A DNA stretch of 64,000 nt, from contig JBICHN010000011.1 of assembly GCA_043101845.1 (NCBI GenBank), forward strand, positions 756,730 to 820,729. Reading direction: 5' to 3'. Both the position numbers and the translations under genes were made by a program. The notes under the pieces were generated by a model, which was not told the origin of the DNA, did no database searches, and saw only the letters and a program-made list of their open reading frames with translations. Shown here in pieces: positions 46,552 to 55,849 of the stretch (position 1 is its first letter; every line of letters starts with the position of its first letter). This stretch comes from Phycisphaerales bacterium. GTDB lineage: Bacteria; Planctomycetota; Phycisphaerae; Phycisphaerales; UBA5793.

Positions 46552-49359
46552 TTAACCAATGGTTTGAATGCTCGCGAGCGCGGCCTGTTGACTCTGCAGC
46601 GACGCGAGCGCCGTCTCCATCGCCGCGAACTGCAATTCCAGAATCTCGCGCTTCCGTTCAAGCTGCACATCGATCGCCTCGATCCGCTTCTGCTGGAGAT
46701 CGATCTGCGAGTCGTAGTTCTTGTTCACGAGTGTGAGCGTGCCATCGACGCTGTTCGTCAGATCCTCCATGAGGATGCGCAGCTGTTCGGCGACACCGAG
46801 TGAGTCATAAATCGGATCATCAGAGTCGACTTTGACGCCGCCGCCGAGATCGATCGTCTGGTCGTCCGCGAGTTCCTTGGCGGCGAAGAGGTTCTCGACC
46901 GCCTCGAGATCTTCGCTGATCGCGTCGCGCAGCTTGTCTTCGTCGAGGTCGAGCTTGCCACCTTCCCCGATGCGAATGCCGACCTGGGTCAGCCGCGTGT
47001 ACTGCGAATCGATCCCGTCGGCCTCACCCTGAACGACCCGGTAGAGTTGGCTGCGAATTCGGGCGACGGTCGGATTTCCGAGCAGTACGCCGCGCGTTTC
47101 CGTTTCCGAGTCGTAGCTGTCGACCGAATTGATGCGGTCGATGATCGCGTTGAACGACTCGACAAAGCTCGTGACCGATGTCACCATCTTCTCGACATTT
47201 CGCGACACCGTGAGTTGGACCGGGGTGTCGCTGGCGCTCTTGAGGTCGATATTGACGCCGGCGATGACATCGTCGAGCTCATTCGTCGTGCTCGAGATGA
47301 GGATGGCGTCCGCGGGATCGGTCGATCCGAAGAAGACGATCGCGTCCTGAGCTGCGGTCGTCGTCGAAAAGCCGAAGTCGAAGCTGCCGCTGTCGACGAT
47401 CATCTCGCCGGCGGTCCCCGAGATCTCGCTCGTCAGGCTCAGGCGATACGGCTTTGAGCCTGTTCCATCGTTGATCAGTGTGGCGTTGACGAGGAAACCG
47501 GCGTCGTTGATCTTTTGAATGACATCGTCGAGGGTATCCGTCGTCTCGAGATCGATCACCGCCTCATACGAGCCGTCAATGTAGTTGTCCGTGATCGCAT
47601 CTGCGGCGGTTCCGACGATACGAAGGTCCTTCGCGGCCGAGCCGCTCGTGGACTCGATCTCGATGGCGCTCACCGGCGAACTGGCCGTGTTCTCGATGAT
47701 CAGGCCGTCGCCGGTGTCATTGACGCGGGCGTTCACTTCAAGCCCGGCGGAATTGATCTTCGAGATGATGTCGCGCAGGTTCTTGTCGTTGTCCGTGACC
47801 GTCACCGTCGCTTGATTGCCCATGGCGTCGGTGATCTGGAACGACCCCGTACCCACGCCGCGGCCGTAATTGAGATCTTCGAGCCGAGACGCCCGGCTGA
47901 CATACTGATGCTGGAGGTTATCGCCCGCGTAGCTCGAGGCGGCGACACCGGTCGCGCCGGTGTCGACCCCGAGCGCGGACGCGGCGCTTCCCTGGATGAT
48001 CAGGTTGCTCGCCGAACCTCCGGTGTCGTCGGTGATCAGGATTCCGTTGCCCGCCTTGTTCAACGAGGCGGTGACCCCGGCGCCGGCGGTGTTGATCTCG
48101 TCGATCATCTGGGCGAGCGAGCTGTTTTCAGTCAGCGAGATGCTCGTAAAGTTGCCGTCGCGGTTCGTGATGTCGAGCGTGGTCGATCCGGAAAGCCCGG
48201 CGCCGCCGTTGAGGCTCTTCGTAAGAACCGAATTCATTCCGGCCATGACACGGTCGCCGGACAGCACGCCGAGCGTACCGGTCTTGAGGATCCCGAGATC
48301 CTTCGCCGTCTGATCGCCGTTCACACCGCCGGTCACCTCGAAGGTGCCGATCCCAAAGGTGAGATCTTCGATCTTGATGCTCACCCCGTCGTCTCCGATC
48401 GACGCCTGAACCTTTCCCGCCCCGTATTCATTGATCCGATCGATGACGCCCTGGACCGTCGTCACGGCCGGTTCTGTGTCCGATCCGACCGTCCGTTGGC
48501 CGAGTACGACATCAATCGAAGAAAGGTCCGCCGTCGAGATGCTGAAGTCGGTGACCCCGAGGCCGGAGGCCATGATCACGCCGTTGCCGTCGTTGAGCGA
48601 GGAGAGTTGCGTGTCGCCGCTCAGGTGATTGATGCGCGATCCAGTGATCGTTCCGCCGACATTCGTCCCGGCGATGCCGAGGTCGGTAGCCGTGGTGTAC
48701 CCGGTGATGTCACTCACCGTGATCTGGCCGGCATTGTCATCGGTGATGACGAGACCGGATCCATCCGCCGCGATCGAGGCGGTCGCCTCGAGCGTGGTGT
48801 TCGAATTGATCGCATCGAGCACATCCGAGATCGTCACCGCCTTCGAGAGGTCGATGTCGACCGAGTTGCTCTGTGAGTCCTGAATGTTGATCTTGCCGCG
48901 GGCCACACCCTCGCCGCCGTTGAGGTCGACGAGTCGAGTGTCGGTGCTCAACTTCCCCGCTCCGAGCTCAAAGGAGATGTCCTCCATTCCAAGGGCCGTC
49001 GTGTCAGTGTCACCGAATCCCTTGGACAGCATTTGATGTGACGAGACGAGCCGGTCGACGACGAAGTCGTACGCGCCGGGAAACGCCTTCGTCGTCGCCG
49101 ATGCGGTCAGCACATTCGGATCGGAGCTCGTCGCTCGCGCCGATTTGAAGATCTTGTCGGTCGCGAAGGAACCGGCGGCGGTCTTGAACGAGAGGAGCAG
49201 CGAGTTGAGGCCGACAAAGGCGGCCTGCTGCTGCTGCAGCTCGCTTTGGCGGGTGATCGCGAGGATCTTCGGACGCGCTTCGATCGCCATGAGCTGGTCG
49301 ATCAGAGTCGCGGTGTCGATCCCGCTGATCAGCCCGATCCCGGTTGAGATGCCGCTCAT
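46552..49359 (-). CDS. fliD: Flagellar filament capping protein FliD (hook-associated protein 2), enlarged (about 935 aa)
   Basis: FliD N-terminus MSGISTGIGLISGIDTATLIDQLMAIEARPKILAITRQSELQQQQAAFVGL. FliD C-terminus GVLLGNPTVARIRSQL...YDSQIDLQQKRIEAIDVQLERKREILELQFAAMETALASLQSQQAAL. The start was trimmed from 49614 to ATG 49359. Confidence 0.85.
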   Translation of the reverse strand: MSGISTGIGLISGIDTATLIDQLMAIEARPKILAITRQSELQQQQAAFVGLNSLLLSFKTAAGSFATDKIFKSARATSSDPNVLTASATTKAFPGAYDFVVDRLVSSHQMLSKGFGDTDTTALGMEDISFELGAGKLSTDTRLVDLNGGEGVARGKINIQDSQSNSVDIDLSKAVTISDVLDAINSNTTLEATASIAADGSGLVITDDNAGQITVSDITGYTTATDLGIAGTNVGGTITGSRINHLSGDTQLSSLNDGNGVIMASGLGVTDFSISTADLSSIDVVLGQRTVGSDTEPAVTTVQGVIDRINEYGAGKVQASIGDDGVSIKIEDLTFGIGTFEVTGGVNGDQTAKDLGILKTGTLGVLSGDRVMAGMNSVLTKSLNGGAGLSGSTTLDITNRDGNFTSISLTENSSLAQMIDEINTAGAGVTASLNKAGNGILITDDTGGSASNLIIQGSAASALGVDTGATGVAASSYAGDNLQHQYVSRASRLEDLNYGRGVGTGSFQITDAMGNQATVTVTDNDKNLRDIISKINSAGLEVNARVNDTGDGLIIENTASSPVSAIEIESTSGSAAKDLRIVGTAADAITDNYIDGSYEAVIDLETTDTLDDVIQKINDAGFLVNATLINDGTGSKPYRLSLTSEISGTAGEMIVDSGSFDFGFSTTTAAQDAIVFFGSTDPADAILISSTTNELDDVIAGVNIDLKSASDTPVQLTVSRNVEKMVTSVTSFVESFNAIIDRINSVDSYDSETETRGVLLGNPTVARIRSQLYRVVQGEADGIDSQYTRLTQVGIRIGEGGKLDLDEDKLRDAISEDLEAVENLFAAKELADDQTIDLGGGVKVDSDDPIYDSLGVAEQLRILMEDLTNSVDGTLTLVNKNYDSQIDLQQKRIEAIDVQLERKREILELQFAAMETALASLQSQQAALASIQTIG

Positions 49360-49712
49360 GCGCGGTCCTCCACAAACTGCTCGTCGCGGATTCGGTCGAT
49401 CACGCCGCGCGTCGAAACGAATCGCGCACGCGTTTCGCCCTCGGTCGCTCGAGTCCCTGGGTTCGGAGATGCAGCCAGTCCGAAGCCCAACTCGCGAGCA
49501 TTCGTTGATACGCCAGCCGGGCGTCGCGGACGGCCGGGTGGCGCTCGAGTTCATCGTGCTCGCGCGGTCGATCGAGCATGTGTATTCGCTCCGGCGCGCG
49601 AGGGCGGCGCGCAAGGGATTCGATTCCCCACGCCGCCACCGTCTATATCGGACTGAGGCGGCGGGTGGCTCGAACGCGGCGGGAGACTTCGTCAGCCCGC
49701 CGCTCCTGAGGC

Positions 49713-49720
49713 TTATCGGC
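49713..49720 (-). promoter_or_regulatory. GCCGATAA (sigma-28/FliA -10-like octamer) upstream of fliD
   Basis: The plus strand reads TTATCGGC at 49713-49720, which is GCCGATAA on the fliD strand, about 355 nt upstream of the fliD start. No TAAA-like -35 element lies at the expected 15-nt spacing, so support is weak. Confidence 0.25.
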
Positions 49721-49979
49721 GATTGGAGCGAGACGATGCATCTCGATTGACTCGACGCGTCGAGATTCGCGGCATGGCCCGGTCATCTGGTGTAATTTGT
49801 GTATTTACAACGCCTTATGGTTGCTTGTCCGGAGGCGCCGCCGAATCCCGCCGGTGAAGTCCTGTGGCCGTCGCTTGTGCCGGACCATCTTCTCGCCGAT
49901 GACCGATCCCAGCGACACCAGGTGTCACGGCGCTCGGGCGCCGTCAAGAGTCCAAGATGACGAAACGGAATCGCCGGCC

Positions 49980-52307
49980 ATGGATGGCTCCACGACGACG
50001 CCGAACGAGACCCCTCGCGCTGATCGGGTCGAAATCATCCTTCAGCGGCTCGAAGGACTGCCGACGCTCTCGTCGGTGGCGACTCGCGTCCTCGAACTCA
50101 CGAGCGACGACGACGCCGATGTGCGTGACCTCGTCGGAATGATCGAGTCCGACCCCTCGATGACCACGAAGATTCTTTCGATGTGCCGGCGGGCGGACCG
50201 CGGCGTTCGAGGAGACGCGTTGACCCTCAATCGCGCCGTCGTCCTTCTGGGATTTGACGCGATTCGAAACGCCGTGCTCTCCGTCGAGATCTTCGGACTC
50301 TTCCCTCCCGCCGCCGACGCCGGCGAATCGATGGAAGTGACCCCGCTCTCGCCGGACAGTCAGCCGCGCCTCCGCTTCGATCGCGCTGCGTTCTGGAAGC
50401 ACTGCATCGCCACCGCCGTCGCCTGTGAACTTCTCGCGGGTCGACTGCGGCAGGTGGACGGATTCGATCCATCGGAGGCGTTTACCTGCGGACTCCTCCA
50501 CGATCTGGGCAAACTCGCGCTGAGTCACCTGCTTCCGAAGAGCTACGAGCGCGTTGTCGAGCTTACGGAGATGCAGGTCGGCGACATCGCCGAGATGGAG
50601 CGGCGAGTCATCGGCGTGGACCACCACACCGTGGGCAAGCGGCTCGCAGAGCGCTGGTCACTCCCGCATGTGCTGCAGGATGTGATGTGGCTGCACGGTC
50701 AGCCGTTCGAATCGCTCCCCGATCTTCCCCACCAGCGAATGATTGCGCTTGTCACGCTCGCGGACGCGGTAGTGCGCTCGCAGCACATCGGATTCTCCGG
50801 AACGCGGAAATCTCCCCGAGACCTTGCGCCCCTTGCCTCCCGCGTCGGACTCGCCGCCACCGACATCGAGGCGATCCTCGAGACGCTCTTCGCCGAGACC
50901 CAGCGACGGTCTCAGGAACTCGGCCTCGACGAAGCGCCCTCGATCGACCTGCTCCTGTCGTCGATCGCCGGGGCGAATCGCTCGCTCGGCCAGATCAACT
51001 CGGCGCTCGAGCGCCGGTCCCGTCAGGCCCGGCGCCAGGAGCGTGTGCTTCGCGCGATCTCCGAGTTCCACAAGCGGGACGACCGGGCCCAGTCGGTCGT
51101 GTCGACCGCCGGCCATGTCGTGGCGTCGGCCGCCCGCGAGTTCGGACGCGGCTTCTTCGCCATGCTCTGTCCGACGACCGCCCAGGATGAGTGGCAGATA
51201 CTTCAGTTTCAAGGCGACGGCCGGCTCACGCGCAGCCAGATTGTCGATCCAAAGATCACCGACGCCGAACTCGAGGATCTCGCCGATGATCTGCAGGTGT
51301 CGGTCGGCGCCATGGCGCTCCTCCCGTGGCTGACCGAATATGTCGGCGACGCGAGTGATGTGCGTCGTGTACGGCTGCTCCCTCTTCGGTACAACAGTCG
51401 TCTCGTCTCGATCCTGCTGCACGATCGGTGCTTCACCGATCTCGATCTCACGCGCACGGAACTCATGGCGCTTTGCGAGACCTGGTCGGCGGCGATCGCG
51501 GCGGCCTCGCAGCACGAGGGCGCGCGGCGACTCGGTGAGCAACTCGCCGAGTCGAATCGCGTGCTCACCGAGACGCAGGCGAAACTCGCACGCACGCAGG
51601 CGATGGCTTCTCTCGGCGAAATGGCCGCCGGCGCGGCGCACGAGATGAATAATCCGCTCTGTGTCATCTCGGGTCGCTCGCAGGTGCTCGCCCATCGGCT
51701 CGAAGATACGGACGACCGCCGCATGGCCCAGCAGATCGCTGAACAGGCGCACCGACTGAGCGATCTCATCACGAGCCTCCATCTCTTCGGTGAGCCTCCC
51801 GCCCCGAAGCGGCGATCAGTTGAGTTGAAAGCCCTCGTGGACCGGGCCATCGAGTCCGCACGCGCCCGCCGCGGCACGGACATCCCGATCGAGGTCGACT
51901 CCGACGCCGACGACGCTCTGGGATGGGTGGACGGCGAACAGGTCGCTCAGGCGCTGACTGAACTGATTGTGAATGCGATCGAGGCCGAACCCGAGACGAT
52001 TATCCGAGTTCGGATTGAAACGATGCGCGAGGATGGCCGACTGTCCATTTCAGTGAAGGACGACGGTCGTGGCATGTCCGATCGCACGCTCGAGCATGCG
52101 TTCGATCCGTTCTTCTCCGAGAAGGCGGCCGGCCGGCAGGCGGGACTCGGGCTCGCACGGGCGCAGCGATTCGTCGCCGCGCACGGCGGGGAGATCTCCC
52201 TCGAATCGGCGCCCGGAGAGGGAACCGTCGCGACCATTCGACTGGCGCACGACTCGCTGGCGAACGGGACGGCCGAGGACGGAGTGGCGACGAAGAGCAT
52301 CGCCTGA
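49980..52307 (+). CDS. Cytoplasmic HDOD-domain sensor histidine kinase
   Basis: HDOD domain: LPTLSSVATRVLELTSDDDADVRDLVGMIESDPSMTTKILSMCRRA...GLLHDLGKL. H-box: MASLGEMAAGAAHEMNNPLCVISG. HATPase: ELIVNAIEA, VKDDGRGMS, FDPFFSEK, GLGLARAQRFVAAHGGEISLESAPGEGT. Start chosen at MDGSTTT (49980); TTG 49797 or ATG 49899 are also possible. Confidence 0.85.
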   Translation: MDGSTTTPNETPRADRVEIILQRLEGLPTLSSVATRVLELTSDDDADVRDLVGMIESDPSMTTKILSMCRRADRGVRGDALTLNRAVVLLGFDAIRNAVLSVEIFGLFPPAADAGESMEVTPLSPDSQPRLRFDRAAFWKHCIATAVACELLAGRLRQVDGFDPSEAFTCGLLHDLGKLALSHLLPKSYERVVELTEMQVGDIAEMERRVIGVDHHTVGKRLAERWSLPHVLQDVMWLHGQPFESLPDLPHQRMIALVTLADAVVRSQHIGFSGTRKSPRDLAPLASRVGLAATDIEAILETLFAETQRRSQELGLDEAPSIDLLLSSIAGANRSLGQINSALERRSRQARRQERVLRAISEFHKRDDRAQSVVSTAGHVVASAAREFGRGFFAMLCPTTAQDEWQILQFQGDGRLTRSQIVDPKITDAELEDLADDLQVSVGAMALLPWLTEYVGDASDVRRVRLLPLRYNSRLVSILLHDRCFTDLDLTRTELMALCETWSAAIAAASQHEGARRLGEQLAESNRVLTETQAKLARTQAMASLGEMAAGAAHEMNNPLCVISGRSQVLAHRLEDTDDRRMAQQIAEQAHRLSDLITSLHLFGEPPAPKRRSVELKALVDRAIESARARRGTDIPIEVDSDADDALGWVDGEQVAQALTELIVNAIEAEPETIIRVRIETMREDGRLSISVKDDGRGMSDRTLEHAFDPFFSEKAAGRQAGLGLARAQRFVAAHGGEISLESAPGEGTVATIRLAHDSLANGTAEDGVATKSIA

Positions 52308-52345
52308 ACGGGGTCCAGGGAACGAGGGAGTGGAGAGCGATCGCC

Positions 52346-53485
52346 ATGGCGGCACGAGGGGATCAGGTGGTTCGTACGAATCCGGAAGCACGGGGTCATG
52401 CGGAGCGGCCGGGGGACCGCGCCCTCGTCATTGCCGTCGCGGTCGACGAGCGGGATTCGTTGATTCGTGGGTGTGAGGCGAACGGGGTCGCGGTCGACTT
52501 CGTGGAGTCAACCTCCGCCGCGGCCACACTCTGCGAACAGCGTCGATACGACCTCATCATCGCCGATTTTGGAAATGATCGATCCGGCGCCGACCGGTTC
52601 CGTGAAGAGTGTCGCGCCGCGCAGCCCAACGCTCAGTTCATCGCGATCGTAAACCGACGCTCATTCAACGAAGCCATGCGGCTCATTCGAACCGGCTTCG
52701 TCGATGTGCTTGCCCGCCCGATCAGCCACTCTGAGGTCTCCGCGTCGTGCGCGAACGCATTACGATCGGTCCGTGCCGAACATCGGCGTGTCGCCCAGAC
52801 CAATCGACTGCGACAGCTCTGCCGCCGACTGAACACGGCTCGACTCGACGCGACGAAACAGGTGGATGAGGTCTGCAACGACCTCGTACACGCCTACCAG
52901 GATCTCGCCGATCAGATCTCTCATGTCACGATGCTCGCGGAATTCACGGCGTTGATTCGGCAGGAGCTCGATGTCGAAGAGCTCCTGAGGACGACGCTCG
53001 AGTATCTTCTGCGACGCATCGGGGCGATGAACGCAGCCGTATTCATGCCCAACTCGACGGACGAGTACACGCTCGGCGCCTACATCAATTACGATTGTCC
53101 GTCAGAGAACGCGGATGTGCTGCTCGATCATCTTGCCGATGTCATCGCGCCCCGAATGATCGAAGAGCGTGAGGTACGCGAGTTTCAGACGAACACGGAA
53201 CTGAGTACATGGATCGGTGACGACGCGGCATGGCTGTCGGACTCACATGTCATCGCGTTCTCGTGCTGGCACGAGGACGAATGTCTTGCCATCTTTGTAC
53301 TGTTCCGCGATGTCACGACGCCGTTTCCGGATGACTTCGCTTCCGCGCTCGACCCGATGGCTCGCGTCTTCGGAACGCAGTTGGCTCATGTCATCCATGT
53401 GCATCATCGGGGCCTCGGAGATGACGATGACTGGGGCGACTTCGGTGATTCGTTCGACGACTTCGGCGGCGGACTCGCCGCGTGA
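52346..53485 (+). CDS. Atypical receiver-domain protein with C-terminal GAF-like region and acidic tail
   Basis: Receiver-like region: ALVIAVAVDERD...YDLIIADF...FIAIVNRRS...FVDVLARPIS, with Arg where the conserved Lys-Pro usually sits. A coiled-coil segment follows, then a GAF-like block (LLRTTLEYLLRRIGAMNAAVFMP...YTLGAYINYD). The tail is GDDDDWGDFGDSFDDFGG. Confidence 0.65.
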   Translation: MAARGDQVVRTNPEARGHAERPGDRALVIAVAVDERDSLIRGCEANGVAVDFVESTSAAATLCEQRRYDLIIADFGNDRSGADRFREECRAAQPNAQFIAIVNRRSFNEAMRLIRTGFVDVLARPISHSEVSASCANALRSVRAEHRRVAQTNRLRQLCRRLNTARLDATKQVDEVCNDLVHAYQDLADQISHVTMLAEFTALIRQELDVEELLRTTLEYLLRRIGAMNAAVFMPNSTDEYTLGAYINYDCPSENADVLLDHLADVIAPRMIEEREVREFQTNTELSTWIGDDAAWLSDSHVIAFSCWHEDECLAIFVLFRDVTTPFPDDFASALDPMARVFGTQLAHVIHVHHRGLGDDDDWGDFGDSFDDFGGGLAA

Positions 53486-54009
53486 ATCCGGGCGGTCTCG
53501 ACGATGCACTCAATGAATTCGCTCTTCGCGTCGCAGTAGCCCCTGCGATCGTACCCGAATTGATCGGCGAGCTCCTGCTTGAGCCTCGCATACGCCTTCG
53601 CGTCGGTGGGATGGGTTCGCAACCAGTCTCGAAAGTCGAGATGCTCCCGCCAGAAGCTGGTGTCGCGTTCGACGATGTGCAGGTGAAACGCGTTCGGCGT
53701 TCCCTTGCCTTTGTCGAAGTACCGTCGCTCGGGAATGAGGTGTTCGACATCGTTCCGGTAGCGGTATCCGAGGGACTCGAGCGTTGAGCGCCACTCAGGA
53801 ACAACACGGTCGATTCGGTCCGCCCCGGCCATGATGTCGATGATCGGCTTCGCCCTGAGCCCCGGTATCGCGGTGCTCCCGATGTGTTCGATCGCGACCA
53901 GACCGCGATCGGACAGGGCGCGACGCAGGGCGCCGGCTTCATCGCTAAATCGCGCGGGCCAGCGAGGATCGGACTCGACGAGTCGAATCCGTTCTGTGTC
54001 GGGAGTCAT
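53404..54009 (-). CDS. GrpB-family protein (nucleotidyltransferase-like, UPF0157)
   Basis: VESDPRWPARFSDEAGALRRAL, IEHIGSTAIPGLRAKPIIDIMAG, HLHIVERDTSFWREHLDFRDWLRTHP. The start overlaps the miaB stop by 4 nt. Confidence 0.85.
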   Translation of the reverse strand: MTPDTERIRLVESDPRWPARFSDEAGALRRALSDRGLVAIEHIGSTAIPGLRAKPIIDIMAGADRIDRVVPEWRSTLESLGYRYRNDVEHLIPERRYFDKGKGTPNAFHLHIVERDTSFWREHLDFRDWLRTHPTDAKAYARLKQELADQFGYDRRGYCDAKSEFIECIVETARIHAASPPPKSSNESPKSPQSSSSPRPR

Positions 54010-55634
54010 ACGTTCGCCGGCTGAAGGGCCGGGGTTTCGACGAGACGGCCGAAAAGCGTGAGCGTGGCGCTCTCGTGTATCCGCACGGGCACAATCGATC
54101 CGATGAGTCGCGATGCCTCAATCGCAGAAGCGTCGAAGACCGTGATCAGATCCCCGTCCGTTCGGCCGGAGAGTTGCACGGTCTCTCCGACCCCGTTTGC
54201 ATGTTGATTATCATCAACGAGTGTTTCTATGACCGACTGCCCGTTGATCGTCAGTCCGACGGCGCCGTTCGACGATCCTCGCGAGGCCTGCGCTTTCGCT
54301 TCCTTCGCCGAAAGTCCCTCAACGAAGACCTCTACGGTTCGGCCGACCATGGCCTGATGAATCTCGCGCGATATGGCGCCCTGGATGGAGAGGAGACGAT
54401 TGTTCCTCGCCCGCTTCACCTCGTCGGGCACATCGTCCGGGATTCGATCGAACGCCGTCGTGCCGGGTCTGGGCGAGTACTTGAAGATGAAGCAATTCTT
54501 GAAGCGCGTCCATTTGAGCAGTTCGACGGTCGCCTCAAAGTCGTCGTCCGTCTCGGTCGGAAACCCCACGATGATGTCGCCGGCGATTGACGCGTCGGGG
54601 AGATACTGCCGCACGCGCTCGATGAATTCGCGGTACTGCTCGACCGTGTACCCACGGTTCATCATCGAAAGGATTCGATTTGATCCCGATTGGGCGGGCA
54701 CATGGAGGTATCGACAGATTCTCGGGCAGTCGCGCATGACCTGGAGCACATCGTCGCCGAAGTCGCGGGGGTAACTCGTCACGAATCGCAGTCGTTTGAT
54801 CGCGGGGACCTCTTCGTGAATGCGGTAGAGAAGATCCGCGAAGGTGGTCACCTGCTCGCCCGCGAATGGGTCGCGCGAGTGACCGCCCCGATACGAACGA
54901 CCTTTCTGCGGCTGCTCGACACCATTCACGAATTCCGCGTGGTCGTGTTCGTATCGGTAATGGTTGACCGTCTGACCGAGCAGCGTGATCTCGACGACGC
55001 CCGAGTCGGCGAGCCGCCGACACTCTTCGACAAGGTGATCCGGCGGTCGATGGATCTCGGCGCCACGCGTGAATGGAACGACGCAGTAGGTACAGAACTT
55101 GTTGCAGCCTCGGGTGATGCGGACATACGCGCTTCGCCCACCGTCGGGGCGTCCAGCGGGATCGAAGCTCCGCGAAAGGTCGAGCAACTCAAGGTTATCT
55201 TCCGCCGCCGAAAGCGTGCTCGAGCGGCGGCTCGAATCGCCTTGAAGGGCGACCGCCGGAGCGCTCGTCTTCATCGCGTTGTCGATGAGCATGGGAAGCC
55301 GGTCGAGTTCGCCCGGTCCGCAGAGCAGGTCGACCTGCGGGTACCGTCGGATCATGTCGACTCCGTCGCGCTCGGCCATGCAGCCGATCACGCCGAGTAC
55401 GACCTGTGGCTTTTCCGACTTTCGCTGACCGACGCGACCGAGTCTTGAGTAGACCTTCTGTTCCGCCTGTTCGCGAACGGAACAGGTGTTGTACAGGACG
55501 ACATCCGCCGACTTCCAGTCGAGCGTGAACTCGTACCCGAGTGCGCGCAACTGCGCCGTGACAAGCTCGCTGTCGAGCTCGTTCATCTGGCATCCAAAAG
55601 TCTCGAGATAGACGCGGCGTCGTCCGTCGGCCAT
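54006..55634 (-). CDS. miaB: tRNA-i6A37 methylthiotransferase MiaB (radical SAM MTTase)
   Basis: RRVYLETFGCQMNELDSE, NTCSVREQAEQKV, GCMAER, and ITRGCNKFCTYCVVPFTRG (CxxxCxxC). C-terminal TRAM-like segment VGRTVEVFVEG. The start was trimmed to MADGRRR (55634). Confidence 0.9.
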   Translation of the reverse strand: MADGRRRVYLETFGCQMNELDSELVTAQLRALGYEFTLDWKSADVVLYNTCSVREQAEQKVYSRLGRVGQRKSEKPQVVLGVIGCMAERDGVDMIRRYPQVDLLCGPGELDRLPMLIDNAMKTSAPAVALQGDSSRRSSTLSAAEDNLELLDLSRSFDPAGRPDGGRSAYVRITRGCNKFCTYCVVPFTRGAEIHRPPDHLVEECRRLADSGVVEITLLGQTVNHYRYEHDHAEFVNGVEQPQKGRSYRGGHSRDPFAGEQVTTFADLLYRIHEEVPAIKRLRFVTSYPRDFGDDVLQVMRDCPRICRYLHVPAQSGSNRILSMMNRGYTVEQYREFIERVRQYLPDASIAGDIIVGFPTETDDDFEATVELLKWTRFKNCFIFKYSPRPGTTAFDRIPDDVPDEVKRARNNRLLSIQGAISREIHQAMVGRTVEVFVEGLSAKEAKAQASRGSSNGAVGLTINGQSVIETLVDDNQHANGVGETVQLSGRTDGDLITVFDASAIEASRLIGSIVPVRIHESATLTLFGRLVETPALQPANV

Positions 55635-55849
55635 AGCCGAGTATGGTAGCACGCGCCGGGCGTCGTTCCGCGTCGTATTCGGACGCTGTTCGGCGAACGC
55701 CTTGCGCCCGGTCAGTCGATTTCGGAACTCGAATGAACCCACTCCAGACGCCCGGCGTAGCGAGGAGTCCGACTCGGGACTGGGCTTCACTCCGTTCGAG
55801 TATCATCCGTTCCCGCTGGTCGGCGTCCGAATGAGTGAGGGACGGCACT

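Noticed and set aside
49400-49639. A 79-aa minus-strand ORF between the sigma-28-like octamer and fliD, considered as a possible FlaG/FliT-type small flagellar protein.
   Set aside because: Its composition is Arg-rich and it has no resemblance to FlaG, FliT or FlgM motifs that I can see. It cannot be distinguished from a chance ORF in GC-rich DNA. It is left unannotated but worth a profile search.
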